Shown here: piece by piece, positions 22,329 through 33,150 of the stretch
Position numbering within the stretch: the stretch's first letter is position 1
Layout: every line of letters begins with the position of its first letter
Virus record (IMG/VR): IMGVR_UViG_3300000304_000005
Coordinates: 64,001 to 126,194 of that record
Strand: one strand, 5' to 3'
DNA from: a virus
Taxonomy: Duplodnaviria > Heunggongvirae > Uroviricota > Caudoviricetes
Length of the DNA stretch: 62,194 bases
The notes under the pieces: model-generated
Told to the model about the DNA's origin: nothing
The model's input: only the letters and a program-made list of their open reading frames with translations
Databases searched by the model: none
Translations under genes and position numbers: made by a program

Positions 22329-22943
22329 TTAAAGTAAAGAGATAAGGTCGATATCTAAACGTTTCTCAATTGCACGAATAACCATAACGTCAGAAAGTTC
22401 ACCGTTTGAAATCATATCTTTAATCTTGTTTACAATAGAAGACTTCAAACTATTAGAACGAAGAGAAGAAAACTCATCAAGAATATTTGTAATATTATCT
22501 TTTGTGTAATTAGAAACATCCATAAGATAATCGTGCTTTTCGTAATATCGCTTCATACCAAACTTATCAATAACTCGCTCATCATTTGGTTTAAGACACA
22601 TGTCTTCAAAATATCCACGAGCATTGCGACGCATACGTTGAATTGCATCGACAGTCATATATTCAATATCACCGGTATTTTCCCACTCATATCTATCACC
22701 GGTTGCCTTATCATAATAACTGACATTTGGAATCAGCGCGACTACCTCGACCTCATCATCATTATTCAATTCAATTTTCTTTTTTGCATTCACATTCTTC
22801 TTAGCAATATTCTTATCCACCTCGGTAACAGAAGCAGCGGGGGCCGAGGTGTCAACCCCCGCAATATCCTCAGCTACCTTAACAGTGGATTTAGCCTTAG
22901 CCCTAGTAGAACGTGATGCAGTAGTCTTAGTAGCATTAGGCAT
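22329..22943 (-). CDS. Hypothetical head-module protein
   Basis: 204 aa with GGTGG RBS. Confidence 0.65.
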   Translation of the reverse strand: MPNATKTTASRSTRAKAKSTVKVAEDIAGVDTSAPAASVTEVDKNIAKKNVNAKKKIELNNDDEVEVVALIPNVSYYDKATGDRYEWENTGDIEYMTVDAIQRMRRNARGYFEDMCLKPNDERVIDKFGMKRYYEKHDYLMDVSNYTKDNITNILDEFSSLRSNSLKSSIVNKIKDMISNGELSDVMVIRAIEKRLDIDLISLL

Positions 22944-23002
22944 AAGCTAAACCACCTTTCTATAAATTATCTGTCAAGGTATATAACCTTGATTATTTAA
23001 TT

Positions 23003-24145
23003 TTAGTCTATGAATCTAAAATGCTTGTGTCTATGTGTGCATTGCTTACCATTGCAAACTTGGCTTACACAAGAGGAACTAAACCCATCTTGCCTTGTAT
23101 CAATAAGTTTTTCATATATCTTATTTGTCTCTTCGCAAAGTACACGTTTTGACATACCACGGCCATCATATAATTTTATGACAAACGTATCTGGGTCATA
23201 TTCATCAAGAAAACACCAATTATGTCCGCCAACGGTATTAACATGAGGATAATGATTACATAAAGCCGACACTTGAAATGGGTTATATCCATCAGCAGCA
23301 ACTTCATCTAAACCATGATATATTTTTTGCGTATCTACACAAATCATATCTTTCTTATACCAAGTAGAACCATTGTCCTTATATCGTCTTAAATCCGTAT
23401 AATCACATAATCCTGCATTGGCACCTTTGCGCAAATAATCAATAACTGTGCCATCATACAAACCAAGTTCTTGTGCAATATCTGACGTAACATGCATACC
23501 TTTATTGTACAGCTCACATGTTTCAATGATTAGAGATTTTAAAGAATGAATTTTTACATAATCCCAATCTACATCATCGAGGTCAAAAATGTTCGGCATT
23601 TCGCTATTCATAATAGAGTCGTAAATATAATCGAAATCTGATTTTCTACAATCAAGCTCTATATAATGTTTTATTCCATTTTCAATAGCGAGATTTTTCT
23701 TATATATATCATTGTTATATTCATCTCTATGATTTACACGCGAAAAAGCATGTTTATCTGAATAATGTTGCAATCCATGTGTTTCACATATTGTAGAATA
23801 TTCTTCGATATAAAAATCATATCTTTTATTGTTTGACCATGATAATGTTTTATCTCTAATTGGCGTTATACCTATATTAATAAATATATTATATAATAGT
23901 CTTTCTGGATAACTTATACCATCATAACAAACTGGGCATTTTAATCCATCAGAGCAAACTTTTCTAATATATTTATCTTTAATAATAGAGCCGCAATCTG
24001 GACAAACAAAATCAGCTTTTTTATGAGTGCCACTTGTAACAGTGTAGCCAAAATCTTTATTCACAAGCATAGAAGCGACATCAGGGCGCGTTGTCCACAA
24101 ATCAGTTTTACCTTTAATTGCTTTAGGCACAAACAACACCTCCAA
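23003..24145 (-). CDS. Free-standing PD-(D/E)XK homing endonuclease with Zn ribbon and NUMOD1-like C-terminus
   Basis: CPDCG...CPVC, KRYDFYI...ETHGLQH, and SSCVSQVCNGK...H. Directly downstream of the capsid gene. Confidence 0.78.
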   Translation of the reverse strand: MEVLFVPKAIKGKTDLWTTRPDVASMLVNKDFGYTVTSGTHKKADFVCPDCGSIIKDKYIRKVCSDGLKCPVCYDGISYPERLLYNIFINIGITPIRDKTLSWSNNKRYDFYIEEYSTICETHGLQHYSDKHAFSRVNHRDEYNNDIYKKNLAIENGIKHYIELDCRKSDFDYIYDSIMNSEMPNIFDLDDVDWDYVKIHSLKSLIIETCELYNKGMHVTSDIAQELGLYDGTVIDYLRKGANAGLCDYTDLRRYKDNGSTWYKKDMICVDTQKIYHGLDEVAADGYNPFQVSALCNHYPHVNTVGGHNWCFLDEYDPDTFVIKLYDGRGMSKRVLCEETNKIYEKLIDTRQDGFSSSCVSQVCNGKQCTHRHKHFRFID

Positions 24146-24176
24146 TGTCGCATATAACCTTATTTATATGATTTAA

Positions 24177-25205
24177 TTAAGGCTGGAATGTATATTTTCC
24201 AAAATAATTCGGGAGAACCATTCCGATGCCCATCTTAGTCTGAAGCTGCATATCAACAGACATATCGTTATGACCCTTACCATCAAGAGACTCAAAGGTA
24301 CGAGTATCACCAATATATTCAAGCTTGATAGGCTTGACATCAGTACCAAGAACAAAAATATCCTTATCAGAAAGAGCAAGCTCGAAAGTACCACTCTTTA
24401 GGGTCTGGGGAATAATCATTAGACGGTTACCGTCCCATTCGCCAATAGAACCGGTAGAAGCCTTAGATTCCTTCTGAGACTGAGCAAACTGATTCTCAGG
24501 AACAACAGCGGCAAGCTTACGAAGAGCAGCCTTGGTACCGGCAAGAGTCATAGAACCGTAACCGCCAGCAGCCTGAACTAGGTCAACAAGTTTACCAAGA
24601 GCATCTTCATCGTTACCGGTAGCGGTGAATTCAGAAGGAACAGAATTGGAAACGCTCTGGAATTGAGAATAAATGCGGTCCTGCATATACTTATTGATAG
24701 ACTTATTAATCTTATCCATCATCTTATCAAAAGTGGTGATGCCAAGTAGGAATCGCTCAAGGTCTTCATAAACGCGGATGAAAATCCACTCTGAAGGAAG
24801 AGTGAATTCCTCGCCAAGGTCGATGAGCTGACGGTTGGTATCCCAATGGTTACCGGCAAAAGACGCTACGGTAAGTAGACCGCCCTCAGAATAAAATGCG
24901 GTAGTATCACCGAGGGCGCGGTTTTTAAACTCAACAAACTCCTGAACAAATGGAGAGTTCATAATATTCTCGCCGATAGCAGTAGTAACAATTTCCTCAA
25001 TAATCTCAAAAATTGCAATCTTATTGCGGCGCATAGCCTGATAAAGGGTTAGGCCACCAAGAATATCATTGTTAATAGTCTTACGTAGATGGTCTTCAAG
25101 GTCGCGCTTAGAAACACCATCTGATAGGGAAAACTCATTACGAGCAAGGTCTAGGGCAAGGCTGAAAACCCGTGCCTCTTCAGTGCTAAAATTAGTGTTA
25201 GGCAT
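24177..25205 (-). CDS. Major capsid protein
   Basis: 342 aa after the protease/scaffold and decoration genes (SPbeta yonD-yonC-yonB order). Start MPNTNF chosen from the GAGG RBS. Confidence 0.8.
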   Translation of the reverse strand: MPNTNFSTEEARVFSLALDLARNEFSLSDGVSKRDLEDHLRKTINNDILGGLTLYQAMRRNKIAIFEIIEEIVTTAIGENIMNSPFVQEFVEFKNRALGDTTAFYSEGGLLTVASFAGNHWDTNRQLIDLGEEFTLPSEWIFIRVYEDLERFLLGITTFDKMMDKINKSINKYMQDRIYSQFQSVSNSVPSEFTATGNDEDALGKLVDLVQAAGGYGSMTLAGTKAALRKLAAVVPENQFAQSQKESKASTGSIGEWDGNRLMIIPQTLKSGTFELALSDKDIFVLGTDVKPIKLEYIGDTRTFESLDGKGHNDMSVDMQLQTKMGIGMVLPNYFGKYTFQP

Positions 25206-25229
25206 AATTATTTCCTCCTTACCTTTCAA

Positions 25230-25760
25230 TTATCGAATAACGCGAAGCTCGAAAAGCTCAGCGCTTGTACCATAAGTATGTGCGGTTGTAACAAGTGTGC
25301 CACCAAGCATACGTTTACGCATAATCTTGCAATAGCTACCAGACGCAGGCTCAGAATCCTCAACTTTGAATTTACCAGTAGCGGCATCAACACTGGCAAA
25401 TTTACCGGGAGCCGCATTTGCCCGAGTACCAGTAGTAAAGCCATCTTTAGTGATACCAAACTCATCATTAATCATGAGCTGACGAACACGGAATGGGGTG
25501 CCAGCAGGAATGACAAACTTGTCACGACGCTGACTGGTCATACGAGACTCATCAGGGTCCCATGCGGGCTGGTCAACAATTACATAATTATTCTTTTCTG
25601 GTGTTCCTTTAACAAACTTATAAATATGGGTTTCATTATCGGCTAGGTCACCAAGACCACCAATCATACCGTTTTCGATAACCTCAGTAGCAACGCAATC
25701 AAAGATACGAGCAGCGCCGCTAGTAGAGGCCATATTTGTAGACTCGAATACAGTGCTCAT
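25230..25760 (-). CDS. Probable capsid decoration / minor head protein
   Basis: 176 aa between scaffold and capsid genes. Confidence 0.6.
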   Translation of the reverse strand: MSTVFESTNMASTSGAARIFDCVATEVIENGMIGGLGDLADNETHIYKFVKGTPEKNNYVIVDQPAWDPDESRMTSQRRDKFVIPAGTPFRVRQLMINDEFGITKDGFTTGTRANAAPGKFASVDAATGKFKVEDSEPASGSYCKIMRKRMLGGTLVTTAHTYGTSAELFELRVIR

Positions 25761-25845
25761 ACTGTTTCCTCCTTAAAAAAAATAAAAACAAATTTATACA
25801 CATATAAGTACAGAAATTTGTTGGAAAATTATAATATCAAATTAA

Positions 25846-27345
25846 TTAATAACGCTTCTTGATATAACCATATTTAGTAGAAACATAGCCATCAATTACG
25901 TCATCATCGCCATCATTCATGACACCGACAACGGCAGCGCTTGGGTTCTTGCTGAAATTAGTCTTTGCCGCACGAGTTGCTTTGACATATAGAACAGCGC
26001 ATTCTTTCTCAATCTCATCTACAGAAAGCTCATCGCGCTTCTCCTTAATAGCGGCAAACTCAGCGTTCTCACCAAGTACATCCTCATATTCAGAGAACTT
26101 AGCATCCTTAGCAGCATTAATTTCAGCAACTTCACGTTCAGCTTCAGCGGCAACATATTCATCATACCGGGGCTTAATCTCATCGAGTTCAGATTTAACC
26201 TGCGAATATTCAGCTTCAACCTTTTCAATCTTTTCAGAAGCATTCTTTTCAATAGAAGAAATATACTCACCGAAACTAAATGCACCAGCTGGGGCAACAA
26301 CACCGTCTTCATAGTTCTCATAACGAACTTTCTTACGGGTACCGCAGGCAAAATCAAGAACCGGCTTATCGCCATCGATAGTATAGGGAATACCGTAATA
26401 ATTATAATTATCCTTAGAATCGACTACGATAACCTCATTATCCTGAATATCCACAGCATAATAACGTGGAGTATCATAACCCCACCTATCCTTAACAATT
26501 TCTTGAGAGGAAACGATATTTGAAATATCTTCAAACTGCTGCATCATAGTGCTTGCAAAATCAGAAACGGGCTGACTATCATCAACCTGCTCAGAAAAAT
26601 CAGTATTAACATCTTCAATCATTTCATCATTCTTAATATCTTCGGGCATATTCTTAACACCTCCTTGTTCATTCTGTTTATCAATAAGCTTTGTAAAAAC
26701 AGCAAATTTATCATTTAATTCATCTTGTAAGTTTTTAACAAAATCACTTACAGAGTAATTAACCTCTACACACGAGTTAATCATAGCGGGCTGAACATCA
26801 TCTGACAAAATACAACATCCATCAAAAGAAAATTTATCAAACACAAAATCGCCATTATCATCTTCGTGACCCTCAATACTGTTTGGATATAATTCCATGC
26901 TATGTTGTTTGATAATATCTCGCATTACGATTTCAGTAGAATCGCTAAACTTCGTCCACAGCAATCCCTTAACTCGCAAAAAAGTACGCATCTCACCATC
27001 ATCGCACATTTTGTCAACCCATTGAGCATCATAACTCTCTGGCACAACACCGTAAGCAGAGCCAGAATAGACCTGTTCAACCCCATTCACAGTGCGTTTA
27101 ATAGTATATTCATGTCCCTTAAAGTCTTTTTCTCCATCCGACTTTACTTGAACAAAGCCAAGAATAGGCGTGTTCTTAATAGTGTCAATGTTTGCATCAA
27201 CAACATCTTGAGAAAACACGCTACCATTAAGATTTCTACCTAAATGAAGCACATCAATAAACACTTCGATAAATCTATTATCACCATCAGAAATCTCATT
27301 TTCGACAGAGAATGTAACAGGGAGAGAATATATGTTTTGATTCAT
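25846..27345 (-). CDS. Prohead protease fused to a scaffold-like region
   Basis: HLGRNLNGS, TPILG, SME and FDGCCILS protease-type motifs, followed by an acidic coiled-coil C-terminus. Confidence 0.78.
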   Translation of the reverse strand: MNQNIYSLPVTFSVENEISDGDNRFIEVFIDVLHLGRNLNGSVFSQDVVDANIDTIKNTPILGFVQVKSDGEKDFKGHEYTIKRTVNGVEQVYSGSAYGVVPESYDAQWVDKMCDDGEMRTFLRVKGLLWTKFSDSTEIVMRDIIKQHSMELYPNSIEGHEDDNGDFVFDKFSFDGCCILSDDVQPAMINSCVEVNYSVSDFVKNLQDELNDKFAVFTKLIDKQNEQGGVKNMPEDIKNDEMIEDVNTDFSEQVDDSQPVSDFASTMMQQFEDISNIVSSQEIVKDRWGYDTPRYYAVDIQDNEVIVVDSKDNYNYYGIPYTIDGDKPVLDFACGTRKKVRYENYEDGVVAPAGAFSFGEYISSIEKNASEKIEKVEAEYSQVKSELDEIKPRYDEYVAAEAEREVAEINAAKDAKFSEYEDVLGENAEFAAIKEKRDELSVDEIEKECAVLYVKATRAAKTNFSKNPSAAVVGVMNDGDDDVIDGYVSTKYGYIKKRY

Positions 27346-27349
27346 ACAA

Positions 27350-28324
27350 TCACTCCTCCAATGCATCTTTCCAAATATAACCACCGGCAGTCTTTTGCCT
27401 TCCTGCCAAACAAGCAGAAATACATGAACGATTAATTTTCGTCGTAATAGATGCCTCTATTATAGATGGGAAAGTACAAATATAATTTCCATTCTTATCA
27501 CACTGAGACACTGGCCTGCATTGAAATATACTATCTACAATATCCGATTTTGGAAGTTTTTCCAATACATTGCTATCACTATCAACAACATCTTCAAATT
27601 TCTTCCATATATATTTATAAGCAGTCTTGGCATTGCCATTAGCACATCTTGATATATTAGTACTAATTGATTGTGCTTTTTTATCATCAGATGTAAACGA
27701 ATATCCTGCTTGTATTGTTGAGTCAAATACACCAACAAGTTTTCCATCAAGTGTATATTGAACAACTCTCTTTTTATGTCTATATTGTTCAATATTATCA
27801 GGCAAATAAGGATATTTGCTCCAATAAAAATCACCAGCCGTCACAGTGCGACCGTTACAACAATCAGATATTTTAGTAATTAAAATTCCAGTTTTTATAG
27901 ACGCTTCCACCATAGATAAATATTCGGCAATCAATATTTTATTAAGGTCAAATTGATATACTTTTACATAACAATGGATATTCCTAGCATTTCCACCGGG
28001 ACTAATATTATACCCATTTGGATACAAAGAATTATAATTATCAATATAATAAATTTCTTTTGTATTTAATAATCCTCTTAATCCATCAATTGTATCGCAT
28101 TCTATTTTTTCAACCTCATATACATCAAAAATATCCCATCCAAAATTTCTGGCATCAGTATATAAAAAATATGAATCTTCAACGCCATTTTTTGATGCTG
28201 ATTTATGTGCCGAAAATCTTCCTTGTATCGTCCTTGTTGTTTGCCCAATATAACTTTTCATATTAAATGGATTATAAATTTGATAGATATATCCCTCATA
28301 CATACCAGTTTCTTTATTATACAT
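27350..28324 (-). CDS. Free-standing GIY-YIG homing endonuclease with NUMOD1 repeats
   Basis: GYIYQIY...KSYIGQT...R...E...PNGYN, then three VxQYxxxG...ISxCxxG...TAxGYxWK repeats. Confidence 0.88.
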   Translation of the reverse strand: MYNKETGMYEGYIYQIYNPFNMKSYIGQTTRTIQGRFSAHKSASKNGVEDSYFLYTDARNFGWDIFDVYEVEKIECDTIDGLRGLLNTKEIYYIDNYNSLYPNGYNISPGGNARNIHCYVKVYQFDLNKILIAEYLSMVEASIKTGILITKISDCCNGRTVTAGDFYWSKYPYLPDNIEQYRHKKRVVQYTLDGKLVGVFDSTIQAGYSFTSDDKKAQSISTNISRCANGNAKTAYKYIWKKFEDVVDSDSNVLEKLPKSDIVDSIFQCRPVSQCDKNGNYICTFPSIIEASITTKINRSCISACLAGRQKTAGGYIWKDALEE

Positions 28325-28348
28325 AACAACTCCTTCACAACATAACCA

Positions 28349-28537
28349 TTAAAACAAATATGTTTTTTTATCTTCCTTCCATGTTTTAAGCGCATCATTT
28401 AGCCTTTGATTCCATTCAAAAATAAAAACCAGAAAGCCCGAAGACTTCTGGTCACAATCAATCCTGATTAACTTACAATCATGGTCAAGAAAATAATTTG
28501 CCTGTCGTTTGCCCTTACAGCAATATAATGGCTTCAT
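28349..28537 (-). CDS. Small hypothetical protein (DUF5659-like)
   Basis: 62 aa with AAGGAG RBS. Confidence 0.65.
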   Translation of the reverse strand: MKPLYCCKGKRQANYFLDHDCKLIRIDCDQKSSGFLVFIFEWNQRLNDALKTWKEDKKTYLF

Positions 28538-28549
28538 ATACCTACTCCT

Positions 28550-28738
28550 TCAAAATCCAAACATAGATTTCTCGTATAATTCAAAATAAGCATCAAGATT
28601 TCTATCAATCGTATCATCGAACTCAAAAATATATTCACCATTATGGATACCAATAAATTTAGAACCGTTATTCTTCAGATAGGTAGCGATAGATAAATCT
28701 TTCACTTTGAATTTCTTTTTGTCATCCATATCAAACAC
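28550..28738 (-). CDS. Small hypothetical protein (DUF5659-like)
   Basis: 62 aa directly after the portal gene. Confidence 0.6.
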   Translation of the reverse strand: MFDMDDKKKFKVKDLSIATYLKNNGSKFIGIHNGEYIFEFDDTIDRNLDAYFELYEKSMFGF

Positions 28739-30274
28739 CTACATATCATTCTTATCTTGGTCACGTGTGTTTTCACCTTCGTCACTCAACCGCTCTCCTG
28801 TTTCTTCAGCAGACGGTCTTCCGCCTTTATTCTCATCGACTTCCTGAATCTCAGAAGAAACGTTGTATGCGGATTGAAGTGGAATAAGGTTATTATGAAA
28901 ATCAAAGATATCTTTGTTCATAACGTAAGAACCAAGGGTTCTAGATGGAGTCATATCGAGAGAGGCAAGCCATCTATCGATTCCAACACCCATAGATGCA
29001 GATTCTTTATATCTCTTAGACACCGTATCTCTATTGAACACCGTGATGTCCAATAAATAAAAATAAAATTTAAATGTAGGTTTATTGAATTTACGAAGTT
29101 TGATATAACGATTGACCCAACGTTCAAACTGGCGGTAAACATCATATATAAAACCAGAATCATTTTCGACAGAAAACGTCACAGCTGTAGCAGACGATGA
29201 ACCATTGAACAGCTCTTTTGAAATACCGGAATCATTATAAAGCTCATCAACCGCATCTGATACATTGTTTCGAGTATTTGCAGAATCCTTAAAACTGATA
29301 GCTTGTCCGGGAGAACCAAGAGTATGAATCATACCGATATCATCACTCATGCTTTCGCGGTTAATCTCCGCAAAGATACCGAGAGTATCGGGAGATAACA
29401 ATGGTTTATCAATAGTTGATTCATCAATAGGAACCTCAACGAGAATAGCCTTATAGTTATCGGTTCGAGCCGATTGTAGTTTCAGCTTCTTATATGTATC
29501 CAAATCAAGAATATCTTTAAGCAAACCAATAAGCATAGGATAAGGATATGTCCATTGCGAATTCATCTTGATACAAATCTGCTTTTCAGCAGGAGGCAGG
29601 TACCAATTCGAAGAAAGCTCGCCTTTTATATATTTAACATACGCATCCTGAACATAATCGGGGTATGCATTGATTTCCTTTGCTACTATTTTACCAAGGT
29701 CAATCTGGAAGTTATACAAACCATCTTGAACCTGATAGAGCCTACAAGTTCTAAAGTCTAGCTTTTGTATAAAGAAATCGGTTGAACTTTCAACAATTAA
29801 ACCGCAGAAAATGTCTTGATAGGGAAGCGTTCTCATGATTTTAGAGAATTCATGTTTAAGATTCATATTCTCAAGACGAGCAGCCAGTGTATTATATTGC
29901 TTTTTAATCGTCTGAACGTTTGCGTTATCTTTAACATCATATAGGTCTATCCACCAGCAAAATAACGACATGTTTGCAAACATACTATTAAGACGATAAT
30001 AATGCGGACTGATAGTCATAAGATACGCGCTCGCACGCATCAATACTCTCCACATATGACATGGATGCTCCATAGCTTTTTGAACATCTTCAAGTTTTAC
30101 GGGGCCAATATATCCAGTATCAATTAATTTAGTATTGTTTAGGATATCGTGTACCATTAATCGCCTAAAGTTGCTAAAATCGACGTTGCCAGATTTCATA
30201 TTGTCATCAAACTTAGCTTCGTCTTGATTATATGCATCTTCGCTATATGCTTCTACATATTTAGTATCTTGCAT
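28739..30274 (-). CDS. Portal protein
   Basis: 511 aa directly after terL, ending GGRP...GExTRD as in SPbeta-type portals. Confidence 0.82.
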   Translation of the reverse strand: MQDTKYVEAYSEDAYNQDEAKFDDNMKSGNVDFSNFRRLMVHDILNNTKLIDTGYIGPVKLEDVQKAMEHPCHMWRVLMRASAYLMTISPHYYRLNSMFANMSLFCWWIDLYDVKDNANVQTIKKQYNTLAARLENMNLKHEFSKIMRTLPYQDIFCGLIVESSTDFFIQKLDFRTCRLYQVQDGLYNFQIDLGKIVAKEINAYPDYVQDAYVKYIKGELSSNWYLPPAEKQICIKMNSQWTYPYPMLIGLLKDILDLDTYKKLKLQSARTDNYKAILVEVPIDESTIDKPLLSPDTLGIFAEINRESMSDDIGMIHTLGSPGQAISFKDSANTRNNVSDAVDELYNDSGISKELFNGSSSATAVTFSVENDSGFIYDVYRQFERWVNRYIKLRKFNKPTFKFYFYLLDITVFNRDTVSKRYKESASMGVGIDRWLASLDMTPSRTLGSYVMNKDIFDFHNNLIPLQSAYNVSSEIQEVDENKGGRPSAEETGERLSDEGENTRDQDKNDM

Positions 30275-30288
30275 CTATTCACCTCCCT

Positions 30289-31409
30289 CTAATAAGAAAT
30301 CGGTTTATGATTTAATCCTTTTATTCTTTTTGCATAATCATTTATATTGAATTCAAATTTAGGTTTACGTAAAATATCTCGTTCAAGCTGGCATTGCACC
30401 CAATAGTTATAAGCCAAAGAGCTGTATCGGTCTTTTCTCATACCTGTGCGCTCTTTAATCTTGATGTTCGTCCCCTTAACCTCATATTCAAGCTTTGTAA
30501 GCTCTGTAACAAGAAGAGAAGTTTGAATATAAGGCATTTTATATTCTAACTGTTCGGATAGGGTCATTTTACTAAAACCTTTAAATTTATTTTTAAGAAC
30601 TTCTTCGGCTGCAACCTCATGAACCAAAAGGTTTATTTTATTCGTTTTGAATCCGCTTCGAAGTCCAATACATATATCATTGTTAAAAGCCGCATTACCT
30701 TTGATTGACCAGATAACCTTTGGAGCATTTTCTACCTTGCACCTTTCAGCCATATCTTTATCATTGATACAAGAAAGAGCAGGGTACAGTTCTCCTGTTT
30801 CGGGGTCAACGATATCTTGTACAAGCTTATCAAAAACGGTCAGACCAATACCGGTACAGTCAAGTACAAGGTCGGTACATTTATATGTCGTATATAACCT
30901 TCGTACTATAAGCGCTAAATCATCGGCATTTAATCCTTCATAATTTTCCATCCATACAATATTAGCAATATAATTACCACCACTTGTCGGCATAGCACTG
31001 TTAATGATAATGGAACTTGCGTCGTTATTATGTTTTTTTGAAGCCATAAGGGCTACGTCAACTGACAGTATTCGGCGCTCATCTGGTTTAACATCTGGTA
31101 TCTTATATGTTTTATTATTTATAAGAGACGGTGGATACATAGGGTTTTTAAGCTTCCTTCTGCTCGATATATCATCAAAAGAAAAAAACGAACCATCTGT
31201 ATCTCCCCAAAATAAACTCTGCATCTCCATAGAAAATTTAATTTCATCGAAGTCTGATTCAGACATTTCATCTTGAATTTGTTCTCTTTGAAGAAGATTT
31301 TCTTTTACAGATATTTGATATGGTAAGCTACAAATAAAATATCGCTTAGCAGAGTCAAGCATATTTGCACAATATGCTTTTACTTTTTCAAATGACCATG
31401 AGTCCTTGT
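30289..31409 (-). CDS. terL: Terminase large subunit, exon 3 (nuclease domain)
   Basis: Junction SSAW-Y-KDSWSFEKV (TGGT|AC AAG). Motifs LSVDVAL, VLDCTGIG, RKDRYSSLAY. Confidence 0.92.
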
Positions 31410-32428
31410 CGTTGTTGTTATCCTAAAAGTTTTTTATCTTTTAGCTCTTATACTTTACCATCATATAAGACCAGCATATATTTTCAACTGTTCTAGTTGT
31501 CGGAGGCTCGTGGGGAAATTATTGCTCTCATTATCGCGCTCATTCCCTATGCGTTACAAATCACATTAGATATTGTGACTCTCGATATTACCCATATTTT
31601 TGGCGGGTTTCATCGATACACCCCGATAATAATCTAGTTCATCCCTAAACTAGACGGCTATATTTTTAATTTTGTTTATCTTTTCATGTTTTCTATCCAA
31701 ATATATATGCGCATCAGCATATATTAAATCAATGATTTTAAGCATTTCTGTTCTACTACCTGTCATTAGACGAAAAGATTCGTGCTTACTATTTTTATTT
31801 AACCTACTATAAATATTAGTTTTAATTCCATTTAATTTAAAATATTCTTGTATTTGCTTCATCATTAATTGACTCGCTCCTACAATTTCAAATGAATATC
31901 TATATCTATTATTTTTAGTATCATAATGATAATGATACGAACCATCACCGTCTATAAAACCTCGTAAATAATGAGGCATCATTTTATCGTCAATATTCGG
32001 CAACTCAATATTATAACTTTTATTATGATTAATATTATATTGGTGTAAATCATTCCACATTTTCATTGATGTTAGATTGATTGTAGCTATATCAGAGCCA
32101 CCATTTTTTGTAGCAGAAAATCCTTCAGTCATATGTTGAATAAATATAGCAACATCATTGGCATTAATACAAGCTAAAAATTTTTCAAGATGTTTTATAT
32201 CTATGGAACTTAACGATATACGAATATGATATGCATCTTTAGAAACAGAACCATCAGCAGATATAAAACCAAGCCAATACGCCTTATCTTCAGAATCAAT
32301 GACTTTAAAATAATCTTCATTATAAAAATGCTTTCTCATTGATTTGTCCTCTCATAAACAAAACAACGATGGGGAGGACAACGTTTCACAACATGGTACC
32401 CATCGATGCAATAAACAAAATTTTAATA
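31410..32428 (-). mobile_element. Group I intron TerL-I2 with LAGLIDADG ORF 5' of the core
   Basis: Core TATCGATGAAACCC, GGGTAATATCGAG, GTAACGCATAGG, GAAAATATATGCTGG. Terminal G at 31410 and frame restored. P1 pairing was not clearly resolved. Confidence 0.85.
31650..32339 (-). CDS. Intron-encoded LAGLIDADG homing endonuclease
   Basis: AYWLGFISADGS and HYLRGFIDGDGS motifs; ends YLDRK. Confidence 0.92.
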   Translation of the reverse strand: MRKHFYNEDYFKVIDSEDKAYWLGFISADGSVSKDAYHIRISLSSIDIKHLEKFLACINANDVAIFIQHMTEGFSATKNGGSDIATINLTSMKMWNDLHQYNINHNKSYNIELPNIDDKMMPHYLRGFIDGDGSYHYHYDTKNNRYRYSFEIVGASQLMMKQIQEYFKLNGIKTNIYSRLNKNSKHESFRLMTGSRTEMLKIIDLIYADAHIYLDRKHEKINKIKNIAV

Positions 32429-32864
32429 ACCAAGCTGAACTCATGTATATTTCTTTATTGCGTTCTTGCTTATCTGCATACTCAGGATTATTAAGATATC
32501 CCGGTTGACGCGGTGCAGTAAGGAATCGCTTGAGTACGGTATTGATAACGTTCAGAGAAATCATCCTGAACTCATCGCAAATAAGGATATTAGCTCGCTT
32601 GCCTCGTCCAGAGTCCGAAGCAGTAACGACTTGAATCCACGAACCATTCGCAAACTCAATCATACCCTCGTTCTGTCCAATTTTAACAGAAATTATCTCT
32701 TGTCTGAGATTGGCAGAACCCCATCCATAGTTTTTCATAAAATCATCTTTAATTTTCAGAAGAACCTCATTAGCCTGTGTTCTTGTCGAAGATGCAATAC
32801 AAATCTTTGTACGAGGGAATAAAATACATCTTACTACGCAAAACAAGGCGGTCAACCATGTTTT
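32429..32864 (-). CDS. terL: Terminase large subunit, exon 2 (ATPase core)
   Basis: KTWLTALFC..., GRGKRANILICDEF (Walker B), YMSSAW; 436 nt. Confidence 0.92.
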
Positions 32865-33150
32865 CAAAATGTTATCGATTAGTTTTTTATCTAATCATCT
32901 GCATCTTTATCATCGAATACAGTTCAGCATATATTTTCACCCTCTATAATAGTAGGGTGGTGCGGCCTCTTGGGTTCATTATCTTCTATCATTAGTTCCA
33001 GAACCTATGCGTTGCCCCTGACTATATTTTTATATATAGCCTTCGGTTCGTGTTGTCCCTTATAATTGAAGGATTTTCACGCTTAATTCCGCACTGTTTG
33101 TTCAAAACCATTACTGATTAAGCGGGCATAAACAACCTTAGATTAAGGCT
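32865..33150 (-). ncRNA. Group I intron TerL-I1 (286 nt, no ORF) inside Walker A
   Basis: P1 GGGT|A pairs with TGCCC. Core GAATTAAGCGTGAA, ACACGAACCGAAG, GGCAACGCATAGG, GAAAATATATGCTGA. Terminal G at 32865. Junction ARGQG|KT. Confidence 0.9.
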
